From assembly GCA_965140415.1 (NCBI GenBank), contig OZ223209.1, positions 4,416,001-4,480,000 of the forward strand: 64,000 bases of DNA. The letters are read 5' to 3'. This document shows positions 1 to 9,437 of the stretch, piece by piece. Within the stretch, counting starts at the first letter, position 1. Each line of letters begins with the position of its first letter. Made by a program: the position numbers and the translations under genes. Below the pieces are notes generated by a model, which searched no databases, was not told the origin of the DNA, and saw only the letters and a list, made by a program, of their open reading frames with translations. Origin of the DNA: Myxococcota bacterium (GTDB lineage: Bacteria > Myxococcota_A > SURF-8).

Positions 1-1147
1 TTTTCGGTTCGTTTTCCACAGCCTTCGACGGAAGCGGCTCCGAAGGGCTCTTGTTGTAGCTGTCCAACAAAGCCTGGGTGGAAGCCGGAATTCCGCTTAA
101 CAATTTCACCTGGGCGGCCTCACCCGGCACAAGGTTGTCGCCGTCGTCTATTTTCACTCGGAATTTTCTGGCCCAGTAGATCAGCTTTCGAAATGCCAGC
201 CGCTCGGGAATCGACGAATAGCTCGGGTCCACAAACACGACGGTTCCGCCTGCGGCATACTGCCCCGTACGATGCGGATAGATACCGACACGTTCACCAA
301 GGCGGGGAATGGTATCGGATGTTTCCGGCACATAAGCATCGATGAATTCGGCATCCGGTTCTTCAACCGTTAGAATCGTGGCAAACGCCTCGACGGAATC
401 GCCCGGCAGGTAGTTGATTTTCACCACGCGCCCCTCGCAGGGGGTGATGACCTTGATTCGGTTCATGCGGGTATCCAGGATTTTCAACCGCAAGCGAATT
501 TCATGGATGCGGTCCATACGGTCACTCAACATCGACAGCACCACCCGCTCGCCTTCGCTCTCGCCCCAACTCGACCGGGACGTTTTCTTGGAAGAAGACG
601 TTTTGTTTCTTTCCGTGCTCTGCGACTGAATGAAACGGGTCAGCGTATCGCGCCGGATGATCAAATTCGAAAGTTCCTCGGGACGCCCCAAGCCCTCTTT
701 CTGCGCAGCCGTCAAGCGTTCGATTTCTCCATTGACTGCGGCCAGTTCCGCTTTCTTCATTTCAAGTTCCGAGCGCCACTGTCCCAAACGCGAGGCATCC
801 GTTTCGCTTTGCAGACGGAGTTTTTCGTATTCCAACGAAAAGCGACTGCGGTCGGCTTCCATCATGTCTTCCAGGCGCACCAGTTCCTGCTCCAACCACT
901 CTTTTTCCGCTTCCAGATCGGTGCTGTCCAACGTTACGAGCAATTGATTGGCCTGCACTTGATCGCCCAAGGTGACGAAAATGCGGTCGATGCGACCGGA
1001 TTCCTGGGCGCTCAATTTATGGGTGCGCGTTTCCACTACACCGATGAAATCGATGTCGATTGCGAAAAAGTAGTACATCACGGCAGATAAAATCGCGATC
1101 AATCCCCAGGCTACCCAAAATACATTCTGTCTTTTTAAAGCTTTCAC
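1..1147 (-). CDS. HlyD/membrane-fusion (periplasmic adaptor) family protein, runs off the window edge
   Basis: Not in the ORF track; read manually from GTG at 1147 (RBS AGGTGA). Sequence MKALKRQNVFWVAWGLIAILSAVMYYFF.. has an N-terminal TM, a lipoyl-like half motif (SAQESGRIDRIFVTLGDQVQANQLLVTLD) and a long coiled coil. Confidence 0.75.
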   Translation of the reverse strand, partial: MKALKRQNVFWVAWGLIAILSAVMYYFFAIDIDFIGVVETRTHKLSAQESGRIDRIFVTLGDQVQANQLLVTLDSTDLEAEKEWLEQELVRLEDMMEADRSRFSLEYEKLRLQSETDASRLGQWRSELEMKKAELAAVNGEIERLTAAQKEGLGRPEELSNLIIRRDTLTRFIQSQSTERNKTSSSKKTSRSSWGESEGERVVLSMLSDRMDRIHEIRLRLKILDTRMNRIKVITPCEGRVVKINYLPGDSVEAFATILTVEEPDAEFIDAYVPETSDTIPRLGERVGIYPHRTGQYAAGGTVVFVDPSYSSIPERLAFRKLIYWARKFRVKIDDGDNLVPGEAAQVKLLSGIPASTQALLDSYNKSPSEPLPSKAVENEPK

Positions 1148-1154
1148 GATTCAC

Positions 1155-1835
1155 CTACACTTCCACGGTTGTCTGTTGATTCAGGTACGACAACCCTCGG
1201 ATACCTTCGATTTTTTCAAGTTCAGCCAACAACCGGTCGCAGTCGCGTTCATTATTGAAGCGCACCTGGTAGGCATAATCCATCATTTCGCCCTGCGCCA
1301 CGCTCCGCTTGGTAACCAATGCAAAATGACTTGGTATGCTTCCGATGATTTCGGCTACCTTTGTGGAACTGTCATTTCCGGAAGGCGCTTGAAAACGAAC
1401 CAGGCCGTCGTGATTGCGTCGCTGCCCGAAAGAAGTGGCCTGCATGATGACCGCCGCAAAGGCAAACATGGCGGCTCCGACAACGGCGGTGTGATAACTC
1501 TGCACACCGCAAGCAACACCGACACCCAGAGACGCGAATAAAAACACCAGATCGCGTGGGTCGCGCAAGTTGGTTCGGAAACGGATAATCGCCAGCGATC
1601 CGACAATACCGATGCCGCGTGCGACGTTATCACCGATGGCGATCATGATCAGACTGGCGATCATGCTGCCTAAAACCATTGCCTGTAGTAAATTGCTCGA
1701 CCAGGACAAGCCTTTGAAGGTTTTTTCGTATACCTTGGCCAACAAGCTGGACAACAAAAAGGCCAGTAATAATGACAGCATCGTGTGATGCCATTCCAAT
1801 TTTACCGAACCGAAGCTGAGCAATAAACTTTCCAT
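1155..1835 (-). CDS. DUF4956 family membrane protein
   Basis: Motif IGDNVARGIGIVGSLAIIRFRTNLRDPRDLVFLF, several TMs and an ACT-like C-terminal domain. Confidence 0.85.
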   Translation of the reverse strand: MESLLLSFGSVKLEWHHTMLSLLLAFLLSSLLAKVYEKTFKGLSWSSNLLQAMVLGSMIASLIMIAIGDNVARGIGIVGSLAIIRFRTNLRDPRDLVFLFASLGVGVACGVQSYHTAVVGAAMFAFAAVIMQATSFGQRRNHDGLVRFQAPSGNDSSTKVAEIIGSIPSHFALVTKRSVAQGEMMDYAYQVRFNNERDCDRLLAELEKIEGIRGLSYLNQQTTVEV

Positions 1836-1891
1836 CTTCTTCTCGCTTTTCTTCCATGCACAACTTCAGGCATAGCCGTGCAAGCTACCGA

Positions 1892-2425
1892 TTACATCCA
1901 ACGCTCCAGATGGGAACGCGCCTGCTTTATGTACAAGGGATTTCCAGTCGCCGCGAAGCCGTTGACCTCCTCAAACGGGAAGTTCTGGGCTGCAATCGAC
2001 CCCATTGCAAAAATATCGTCTATAACACCCTTAAAATCGGCATCAAAGACAGAATCATCACCTTTTAAAACCGCCACACGAAAATTGCCTATCCCCTGGC
2101 TTGAAGATTCTCCGCAATCGGAAACATCAGCTTCCCACTCTATCCACTTTTTCAAATCACCAAGGCGACCGACATCCGGTTTCATATAGGTATAATGGTT
2201 AGCATCCGTTTGAAGTGCAGTCCAGGACAAAATGACTTGAAGCGCTCCAATTAGATCCTGAATTTCTTGCACTTGCTTTTCACGGAAGGAAAAAGTGGGA
2301 TGATCCATATCTTCGGGAAAACACTCCCGAATCGTGCCGATGACGATCAGCGAAACGACCTTTTGGATAATTATTCGACGTATTGTGTGACTATTCAACA
2401 CGAAGGGTTCCATAATCTTTCTCAT
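1892..2425 (-). CDS. hypothetical protein
   Basis: ORF 1892..2548; start moved to ATG 2425 (GGAG upstream) because the further upstream part is AT-rich and promoter-like. No recognisable motif. Confidence 0.5.
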   Translation of the reverse strand: MRKIMEPFVLNSHTIRRIIIQKVVSLIVIGTIRECFPEDMDHPTFSFREKQVQEIQDLIGALQVILSWTALQTDANHYTYMKPDVGRLGDLKKWIEWEADVSDCGESSSQGIGNFRVAVLKGDDSVFDADFKGVIDDIFAMGSIAAQNFPFEEVNGFAATGNPLYIKQARSHLERWM

Positions 2426-2512
2426 CCAGCTCCAACACCCGTATTCACAGGCAATTCTTGCATCGACACTGCAACCACCGCCATCTTTGCAAAAATAAAT
2501 ATACTCACCTAA

Positions 2513-2530
2513 TCTTAAGACTTTCTTAAG
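2513..2530. promoter_or_regulatory. putative OmpR-family binding box (TCTTAAG direct repeat, 11-bp period)
   Basis: tcttaag at 2513-2519 and 2524-2530, in the divergent promoter region next to the response regulator. Confidence 0.5.
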
Positions 2531-2616
2531 CATTGTTAGATATATCATATTTTGATAATGTTTTTTTAACGATTCAATAATAATTGTTGAATCCTCGGAC
2601 TAAGGAACGGCTCGCC

Positions 2617-3285
2617 ATGACAGATACGATTCTCCTTATCGAAGATGATGAGGAACTGGGCAGTCAAATCGTCGAACATCTTCGGAAAGCCGGATTCTGG
2701 ACGATCTGGAAGAAGGAAGGAGAACGGCTGTTAGAGAATGCTGCACCCGAATTCTCGCTGCTGATTCTAGACTTGATGCTGCCTGGAACCTGGGGGATCG
2801 ACATTCTCAAGCATCTGCGTAGCTACTCGGACGTTCCCGTTCTGGTATTGAGCGCGCGCAATCAAACGGCAGACAAAGTCCGGGCATTTAGACAAGGCGC
2901 GGATGATTACATGACGAAGCCTTTCTGGCCGGAAGAGTTGATCGAGCGCGTTCGGGCGAGATTACGTCGTCCGGTCATGCAAAAAGAAGGACCGGTGGAA
3001 ATCGATTCACTGACCATCGATGTCGCAAGACGCGAGATTACGAAAGAGGACAAGCAGATCGACTTGACCCGTGTCGAATTTGACCTGCTCGCGGCCTTGG
3101 TCCACAGACGCGGTGAAGCGGTGACCCGGCGTTGGCTGGTGGACAACATTCTCGATCCGGATAAGGACGGCACCGAGCGCACACTGGACGTTCACATTTC
3201 GCATCTCAGAAAGAAACTGACCGTCGATAACCTGATCGAGACCGTTTGGGGAATCGGCTACCGCCTGAAAACGGAAAAGAATTAA
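2617..3285 (+). CDS. OmpR/PhoB-family response regulator
   Basis: Receiver domain (LLIEDD, LDLMLPG, GADDYMTKPF) plus winged helix (RTLDVHISHLRKKL, IETVWGIGY); RBS AAGGA before ATG 2617. Confidence 0.95.
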   Translation: MTDTILLIEDDEELGSQIVEHLRKAGFWTIWKKEGERLLENAAPEFSLLILDLMLPGTWGIDILKHLRSYSDVPVLVLSARNQTADKVRAFRQGADDYMTKPFWPEELIERVRARLRRPVMQKEGPVEIDSLTIDVARREITKEDKQIDLTRVEFDLLAALVHRRGEAVTRRWLVDNILDPDKDGTERTLDVHISHLRKKLTVDNLIETVWGIGYRLKTEKN

Positions 3286-4898
3286 TGACCCTGCGCCTTC
3301 GCCTAGCTTTGACCACCCTGTTGGTGGGACTTCCCGTACTGATCGGGTTCTGGGTCGTGCAGTATTACTTTGAGGAACGTTTAGACAAAGAATCCATTTC
3401 CCAGTTCGTACTGGCGTACATGCAAAGCGGGGGCCGTGAAGAGTGCGAAGCGAATCCCGCTTTGTGGAACGGTGGAAAGCTTGGCCGTATGCCTTCGATG
3501 TCCGATAATCACCCCCCCGAGATGCCGATGAATCAAGACGACCCTGCCGACCCATGGAACCGGGACCCCGGCGGCGGACCTCCGGGCGATATGCCTCCGA
3601 ATCGAGACGACAGAAATCCGCCTCCACACAAAATGGATGGGATTTACGCCTATAACGCAGGGTATCAGTCCAGCAATAAAGACGCGCCTTCATTGGCCAC
3701 AGAATTGACCGAACAGATCGAAGCAGGAGACAGCGTCGCCCAGCGCCTGATCGAAGATAAGCGGATGCAGTGCCGCCCGCCAAACTGCAGGCAGATTTTT
3801 TTTAGACCACATCCACCGAACGGACCAAAGAAGCCCATGCTGCGCGAAGTGCTGATCCGCATGCCGTGGAACGAGGGTCCCTGCGCACGCATCCTGGTTC
3901 GACGTCCCGCGCCGCCGTTTATCCATCGCGCAGGCCGCATCATTCCCACCACTCAAATCTGGCTGCTTCCGTTTTTCGCCGTGCTGGCGGCGCTGCTGTT
4001 TTCCATCGGTCCGGTCGTAAAACGGATTCGTTTACTGACGCTCGAAGTTCGCGAATTCGCCAAGGGACAATACAAACCGACGGTAACAGTAAAAGGAAAA
4101 GACGAAATCGGCGAACTGGCTCGCGCTTTCAAAGTCGCTGGGGAAGAAATCCGTACGCAGATCGCCAAACAGGAACTTCGGGAACGGACACTGCGCAACT
4201 TCCTTGAAAACACCACCCATGACGTCATGATCCCGCTGACGGTATTGCAAGGCCACTTAAGCGACATGATGGAGCGCACACACGGCGCTGAAGAAATGGA
4301 TGCAGACCTGGTCAGTTCCGCCATGAACGAGGCGCAATACATCTCCTCCCTGATCGAAAATCTGTTGATTGCGGCAAAGATCGAAGAGGGTGAACCGAGC
4401 CTGCACTGGACACAAGTCAACATGAATTCGTTGATCGAGCGAGTGATCGGACGCCATCAGCCGATCGCCCGGCCCAAGCTGGTTACGCTTGAATATGCGG
4501 TTCCCGAAATACCGTTGATTGTAGACGGAGACATTACCTTCATCGAACAGGCTGTGAATAATATTGTTTACAATGCAATCAATCACAATCTGCCGCAGGG
4601 CCATGTGGCCGTGGTACTGGAACCGGAAGGAGCAGATGACTTCATATTGCGTGTTATCGACGACGGTCCCGGCATTGCCGAAGAAGAACTTTCCAGACTT
4701 GTAGACCGCTGGTTTAGAGGTAACGCCGCGCGAAGTCGCGGAACGAAAGGCCAGGGCCTGGGTCTGAGTATCGCCTATCAACTTGCCAAACTGCACCATT
4801 GGAGTTTCGAGCTGAGTCGTTCCTCTTTCGGAGGATTGCAGGTCGAACTTGCAGGAAAACGCATAAGTAACGAGGATCACTCCAGCAATTCCGAATAG
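3285..4898 (+). CDS. HAMP-domain sensor histidine kinase
   Basis: Two TMs, HAMP (DEIGELARAF), H-box THDVMIPL, N-box NIVYNAINH, G-boxes DDGPGI and GQGLGLSI; TAATG overlap with the regulator stop. Confidence 0.95.
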   Translation: MTLRLRLALTTLLVGLPVLIGFWVVQYYFEERLDKESISQFVLAYMQSGGREECEANPALWNGGKLGRMPSMSDNHPPEMPMNQDDPADPWNRDPGGGPPGDMPPNRDDRNPPPHKMDGIYAYNAGYQSSNKDAPSLATELTEQIEAGDSVAQRLIEDKRMQCRPPNCRQIFFRPHPPNGPKKPMLREVLIRMPWNEGPCARILVRRPAPPFIHRAGRIIPTTQIWLLPFFAVLAALLFSIGPVVKRIRLLTLEVREFAKGQYKPTVTVKGKDEIGELARAFKVAGEEIRTQIAKQELRERTLRNFLENTTHDVMIPLTVLQGHLSDMMERTHGAEEMDADLVSSAMNEAQYISSLIENLLIAAKIEEGEPSLHWTQVNMNSLIERVIGRHQPIARPKLVTLEYAVPEIPLIVDGDITFIEQAVNNIVYNAINHNLPQGHVAVVLEPEGADDFILRVIDDGPGIAEEELSRLVDRWFRGNAARSRGTKGQGLGLSIAYQLAKLHHWSFELSRSSFGGLQVELAGKRISNEDHSSNSE

Positions 4899-4954
4899 CA
4901 ACGGCGAGCTTAATTTTCACTGAAAAAATTAATTCGTTTGAGTGCGTTTAGTGC

Positions 4955-4983
4955 TTGCAAATCCATTTTCGACTAGATATAGT
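4955..4983 (+). promoter_or_regulatory. sigma70-like promoter of the radical SAM gene
   Basis: TTGCAA-17bp-TATAGT. Confidence 0.6.
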
Positions 4984-5119
4984 AAGGGTGAGGGTGACAT
5001 TAACCACCCGTCGGGGAGCTTTACATCATTGATTTTGTTTTCTGGTTTTGTTCCTTGCATTTTCGTGTTCGATGAATTTTGAAGTCCTGACGGGTATCGC
5101 AACAAGCGCGGGCGCTACC

Positions 5120-6154
5120 ATGGACGAGGTCATTGGCAGAAATTCCGAGGGGTTGCAGCATTCTAGGCGAAGGGAAGCTGTCAGCAGCACCACTTCGAAC
5201 CAATTATCTATCAATGAAATTCTAAATCTTCTTCACACTCCCTTAGACATTTTAGAACTGCAAGCTGAAGAAATCACAAGAGATCAATTTCAGGGGCGGG
5301 TAATGCCGATGGCGTCCATCTCGTTCAGCAACTACTGCAAATTGAATTGCTCTCATTGTCGCTATCGCAAAGATCATCAGGAATTACAACGATTTCGGAT
5401 GATTCCGGAAAACATCATCAACACAGCAAAACAAGTTGTCAACCAGGGAACGAGCCGCATTCTGCTGCGCAGCAGCTACGATGTCGCCTACTCCAGCGAA
5501 ATGCTCAGTTCCATCATTCGAGAGATCTCTTCTCTGGGTCCGGTATCGGTACATGCTCAATTCGGAACGAGACCTCATAAAGATTATAAAGACTGGAAAA
5601 AAGCCGGCTTGTACGGATACGCCTTACGTTTTGTGACCAGTTCCAAAAAGCTGATGCGCTGGCTTTGCGACCGTGACTATCCTGCACAACCGGAAGTTGA
5701 TTTAGGTGTTTTGAATCGACTCGGTGTTTTTTTGGCCTGTGGCTCCACTCTTGGGCTGCCACGCCAGAGTTTGGAAGACATTGCAACGGATCTTGAACTT
5801 TTCGCCAGACATTCCGTGGACATGCTGATCCTTACGCCCTTCACTCCGCATCCCATGACACCGCTTGCACTGGCTCCGGCAATGCCCTCCGGTCTGTATC
5901 GAAGAGTGATGGCCGTCGCTCGTATTCTGATTCCGGAAGTGGATATCTTAGTCAGCGAGAACGCCATAGCCAGCCGCATTGACATGGAAGACCTGCTGCG
6001 CATCGGAGCGACTTCCATTCTGATCAATGCCCTCCCAAACGTGTATGAAGACCGGGATGTACGCACCTCGTATCGACAACAGGCGGTTACCTTTAAAGAT
6101 CGCCTCGATTTTTATACCGCCCGAATCGAAAGCGCCGGTTTTACATTCGTCTAA
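5120..6154 (+). CDS. radical SAM protein, HydE/PylB/BioB-like, divergent
   Basis: SNYCKLNCSHC (CxxxCxxC), GLPRQSLEDIATDL, PFTPHPMTPL; start ATG 5120 chosen. Confidence 0.8.
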   Translation: MDEVIGRNSEGLQHSRRREAVSSTTSNQLSINEILNLLHTPLDILELQAEEITRDQFQGRVMPMASISFSNYCKLNCSHCRYRKDHQELQRFRMIPENIINTAKQVVNQGTSRILLRSSYDVAYSSEMLSSIIREISSLGPVSVHAQFGTRPHKDYKDWKKAGLYGYALRFVTSSKKLMRWLCDRDYPAQPEVDLGVLNRLGVFLACGSTLGLPRQSLEDIATDLELFARHSVDMLILTPFTPHPMTPLALAPAMPSGLYRRVMAVARILIPEVDILVSENAIASRIDMEDLLRIGATSILINALPNVYEDRDVRTSYRQQAVTFKDRLDFYTARIESAGFTFV

Positions 6155-6173
6155 GTAGCTGAATCAAGGTTCT

Positions 6174-6374
6174 AATCCACAAGACCCACCATCAAGGAAG
6201 GGATTCCCTTCCGCCTTACGTCACCTGCCACGCATCATATAGCGGTGGGAGGCATGGGCGAACCGTAGGTTGCCCATGCGCCGGAACAAGAACACGGGCA
6301 AGCTCCATTCCATTCCGCTTAGCCACGTGCCACCCTTTGCCATGGCCACCCGTCCGGGGAAGGGAAAAGGAAGG
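6174..6374. repeat. MITE/REP-like composite palindromic element, copy 1
   Basis: First 65 nt match 30661-30725 with 3 mismatches; shared GGGGAAGGGAAWAGGAAG right end; internal GGCATGGGC-type REP. Confidence 0.75.
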
Positions 6375-6422
6375 TCAAGCTTTCGCAACCCCACTCGAAA
6401 TCAACAGATTCATTCGGCAAGG

Positions 6423-6451
6423 TTGCCTTTTTCTAAAACAACCCGCATAAT
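6423..6451 (+). promoter_or_regulatory. sigma70-like promoter
   Basis: TTGCCT-17bp-CATAAT upstream of CDS 6482. Confidence 0.45.
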
Positions 6452-6481
6452 CGAAGCAGACTTTCCATTATTGCAAGGCAG

Positions 6482-7924
6482 GTGATGGACGTGCGAACGA
6501 AAACTCTGATACTTCTCTTTGCATGGATGCTGCTGGCATATGGCTGCGGCTCGGATACGGACAACACACCGGGAGATTCGGATTCACTGACTCCCGCCGA
6601 TCAGGACTCCGATGTGATCTGGCCACCGGATGGCGATACGGATGACGATACGGATCAAGCCGGTTGCGAACAACTGGGCTGCGACAATGGCCGCTATTGC
6701 GACCCGCAGGACGGCTTATGCAAGGTCTGCACGGAAGATCGTCAGTGCGGCGACCCGGACCCGTTGACCGGCATTACGCCGCTTTGTCTGGATGGCGTGT
6801 GCAAAGATCTGGTCTGCTCCGGCGTGATCGAACCGGTTGCTCCGGAAGACGGCGCCTCGTTGCCGGTCGATCCGCTAGCCCCTAGTTTCAACTCCCAAGG
6901 GATTCTTTCGGTAGAAAACCGCCTGGTTTTCCCGATTGGCGTGCAGGGCATACACCCGGATAAATACGAACAGGTCAAAGGCTGGGGTGCGAACCTGGTT
7001 ATCAGCAATCGCGATTGCTGCCTGGATGTACGCGACTACAACTACCAGCTTGACACCGTGCTGGGTGATTTGGCCGGTGCTGGCGAGGCCGATCTGTTTG
7101 CGGCGGTACGACCGATCTGGCCGCCGGATTCGCTGAATCATCCCGATCAACTCTGGCTGATGAAATCGGTCCGCAATCGGAACAATCGGGTGCCGCTGCT
7201 CTTCTGGATGGGTGCGGATCGACCCGAAGCCGCCGGATTTACTTCCAATGTGGATGAGTTGGCCGATTTCGTTCGGGATTCCACCACCACCCATAAACCC
7301 TTCGCGGTGGCCGAAGATCCAGGCTTTGCCGTGGAAGCGGTTGAATCGTCTGCCGATTTATTGATCGCCACCATCGATCCGACGTCGGTTGCACCGGGTG
7401 CAGAAATCGCACGTGTTCGCGTGAAAACCGACAAGCCGATCTGGGCCAGAATTCCGGCTGCCGGTTTGTCCGCGCAGCGTCTTTACGCTTTAGCCATTCA
7501 CTGTCTGGCGGCGCAGGTCACCGGACTGATTTTCGAAGTGGACAACGAAGATTCCGCCTCTGCCATTCCCGATGCAGCGGCTCTACAATCCGCAATTCGG
7601 AAACTGCGTGACCGCACATCCTATTGGCTCTCGCAGCCGGTCAGCGGCCAGGTTGACGTGTCGCCGCAGTCGCCGGAAATCGGGCTACACGTCATTCACT
7701 ATGAAGGTAAAGTCTGGCTGGCAACGCTGGTCAATACCGGCACGACGGAGAAAACGCTAACCGTTACCTTGCAGACGGAAAAGCTCCCCTATTGCTATGG
7801 CGTGGAAGAAGAAGATCAACTGCTGCATCTGAACAAGGTGAAGGAACAAGAGATAATCTTACCTGCTAATGGCGTGCAGGTACTGCAATTCAGCGAAGCC
7901 GCCTCTCCCGGTGAGAGCCGCTAA
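6482..7924 (+). CDS. lipoprotein with acidic linker, Cys-rich module and possible glycoside-hydrolase-like barrel
   Basis: Lipobox LAYGC, D-rich linker, Cys-rich segment, FPIGVQG..WGANLV motif. Confidence 0.7.
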   Translation: MMDVRTKTLILLFAWMLLAYGCGSDTDNTPGDSDSLTPADQDSDVIWPPDGDTDDDTDQAGCEQLGCDNGRYCDPQDGLCKVCTEDRQCGDPDPLTGITPLCLDGVCKDLVCSGVIEPVAPEDGASLPVDPLAPSFNSQGILSVENRLVFPIGVQGIHPDKYEQVKGWGANLVISNRDCCLDVRDYNYQLDTVLGDLAGAGEADLFAAVRPIWPPDSLNHPDQLWLMKSVRNRNNRVPLLFWMGADRPEAAGFTSNVDELADFVRDSTTTHKPFAVAEDPGFAVEAVESSADLLIATIDPTSVAPGAEIARVRVKTDKPIWARIPAAGLSAQRLYALAIHCLAAQVTGLIFEVDNEDSASAIPDAAALQSAIRKLRDRTSYWLSQPVSGQVDVSPQSPEIGLHVIHYEGKVWLATLVNTGTTEKTLTVTLQTEKLPYCYGVEEEDQLLHLNKVKEQEIILPANGVQVLQFSEAASPGESR

Positions 7925-7948
7925 CGGATCGAAAACAGGAGGAAAAGC

Positions 7949-8716
7949 ATGTTCGAATCCATCGTGCGAAAATTCTTGTATTATCCGTTGGTTTTAAGAC
8001 CGGATGCTCCCCTGCCCGCTTACGCGCGCGATGCCCGGGAAATATTTTGCGAAGCATCAGACGGAAACACGATCCACGGCCTGTATTGGCCCGCACGATC
8101 GGGACGACCGACGATCCTGTTTTTGCATGGCAATGCACAGTCCGTGTACGAATGGGCGCTGATTCGTGAAGAGTTGGAACCGCTGGATTGTGGCCTGTTG
8201 CTGATCGACTATCCCGGCTATGGAAAAAGCAGCGGACGCCCAAGAGAAGAATCCCTTTACGCCGCCGGAGAAGCCATGCTGAACTGGCTGTTGGAGGAAC
8301 AGTCCATTTCTGAAAACCAGTTGATTCTGTTCGGGAAATCCTTGGGCGGCGGCGTTACGACGAAACTGGCTCCCGGTCGTTGCTTACTTGGCGTGGTACT
8401 GGAATCCACTTTCCGTTCGATTCCTTCGGTAGTGGACAAACTCATTCCCATGCTGCCTGCGGATGCCGTATTCAAATCCGAACGCTATGCTTCGATAGAA
8501 CGAATCGACCACATCACAGCGCCGGTGCTGGTCGTTCATGGCGAAGAAGACGAACTGATTCCACTGGCGGAAGGCCAGGCCTTATTCGAAAAAGCCAACC
8601 CACCAAAAGACTTCTACCTTGTGCCCGGAGCCGGTCACAACGACGTGTCCATGATTGCAGGTGCCGCCTATGGAAAACGCCTGCGGCAGTGGCTGGACTC
8701 CATTTTCCCAGAATAA
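7949..8716 (+). CDS. alpha/beta hydrolase (BEM46/ABHD17-like)
   Basis: LFLHGNA, DYPGYGKSSG, GKSLGG nucleophile elbow, HGEEDE, GAGHND. Confidence 0.9.
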   Translation: MFESIVRKFLYYPLVLRPDAPLPAYARDAREIFCEASDGNTIHGLYWPARSGRPTILFLHGNAQSVYEWALIREELEPLDCGLLLIDYPGYGKSSGRPREESLYAAGEAMLNWLLEEQSISENQLILFGKSLGGGVTTKLAPGRCLLGVVLESTFRSIPSVVDKLIPMLPADAVFKSERYASIERIDHITAPVLVVHGEEDELIPLAEGQALFEKANPPKDFYLVPGAGHNDVSMIAGAAYGKRLRQWLDSIFPE

Positions 8717-8891
8717 GCGGATTAGCTGATTTCCTTTTACGTAGAACTGACTTGTCAACTCTGAGATGTAAACTTTTATTTGGAATTGTTTTTATTTAGG
8801 GAAGATTTCAGGTTCAATTGTTCTCTTTTAAGCGGGGACGGAGTTGTGGACAAACAATCGGTTCTTCGGAAAAAAGGGAGAAAAGCGGGTC

Positions 8892-9233
8892 ATGAGCACG
8901 TACACTGCACTGACGGAAAAAGGCGAATCATTTGAATTTTCAGGTGTTTTACTTGATGAAGAATTCGAAGAGCATCAGGTGGAAATCCGAACGCCCATCA
9001 ACACGGAAAGCGTTGCGTTGTACCGAACGGATGATGACAAGTATATTCTGACCATCCAGTTCCAGTTCGAGGAGATGGACCCGCATCATCATGAAATCCA
9101 TATCGGTAGCTCGCCACAGGAGATTCTGACTTCGCTGGGTTATCCCACCGATGCAACGAAGATTCTGATTGAAAGAGTGCTTTCCTCCTCCTCCTCCTCA
9201 AAAAGTGAGACGGAGGTCGTTGCCACGGCGTGA
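8892..9233 (+). CDS. hypothetical protein
   Basis: ORF with GGGAG upstream of ATG 8892; protein-like composition. Confidence 0.6.
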   Translation: MSTYTALTEKGESFEFSGVLLDEEFEEHQVEIRTPINTESVALYRTDDDKYILTIQFQFEEMDPHHHEIHIGSSPQEILTSLGYPTDATKILIERVLSSSSSSKSETEVVATA

Positions 9234-9272
9234 GCTTTAAGAGTTACCATTCATAACGAGCGACGCTTTTTT

Positions 9273-9290
9273 GTAGCGGCGGAGCGTAAG
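9273..9290. repeat. partial GTAG-type REP
   Basis: GTAGCGGCGGAGCGTAAG, identical to the start of the REP at 32586. Confidence 0.6.
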
Positions 9291-9318
9291 TCGAAAAATA
9301 CTTTCGAATAACGGAAAG

Positions 9319-9401
9319 GTGGCGCGGGCTAAGCCGCAGGTTTGCCCGTGTTCAAGATCCACATGGGCAAGCTTCGTTTTTCTTCGCTTCGCCCATGCCA
9401 C
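9319..9401. repeat. GTGG-type REP doublet
   Basis: 83-nt GTGGC..GCCAC palindromic element, closely similar to 56337-56419. Confidence 0.75.
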
Positions 9402-9437
9402 ATCCCAATTATTCGACAGATAGGGAACCTATGTCTT

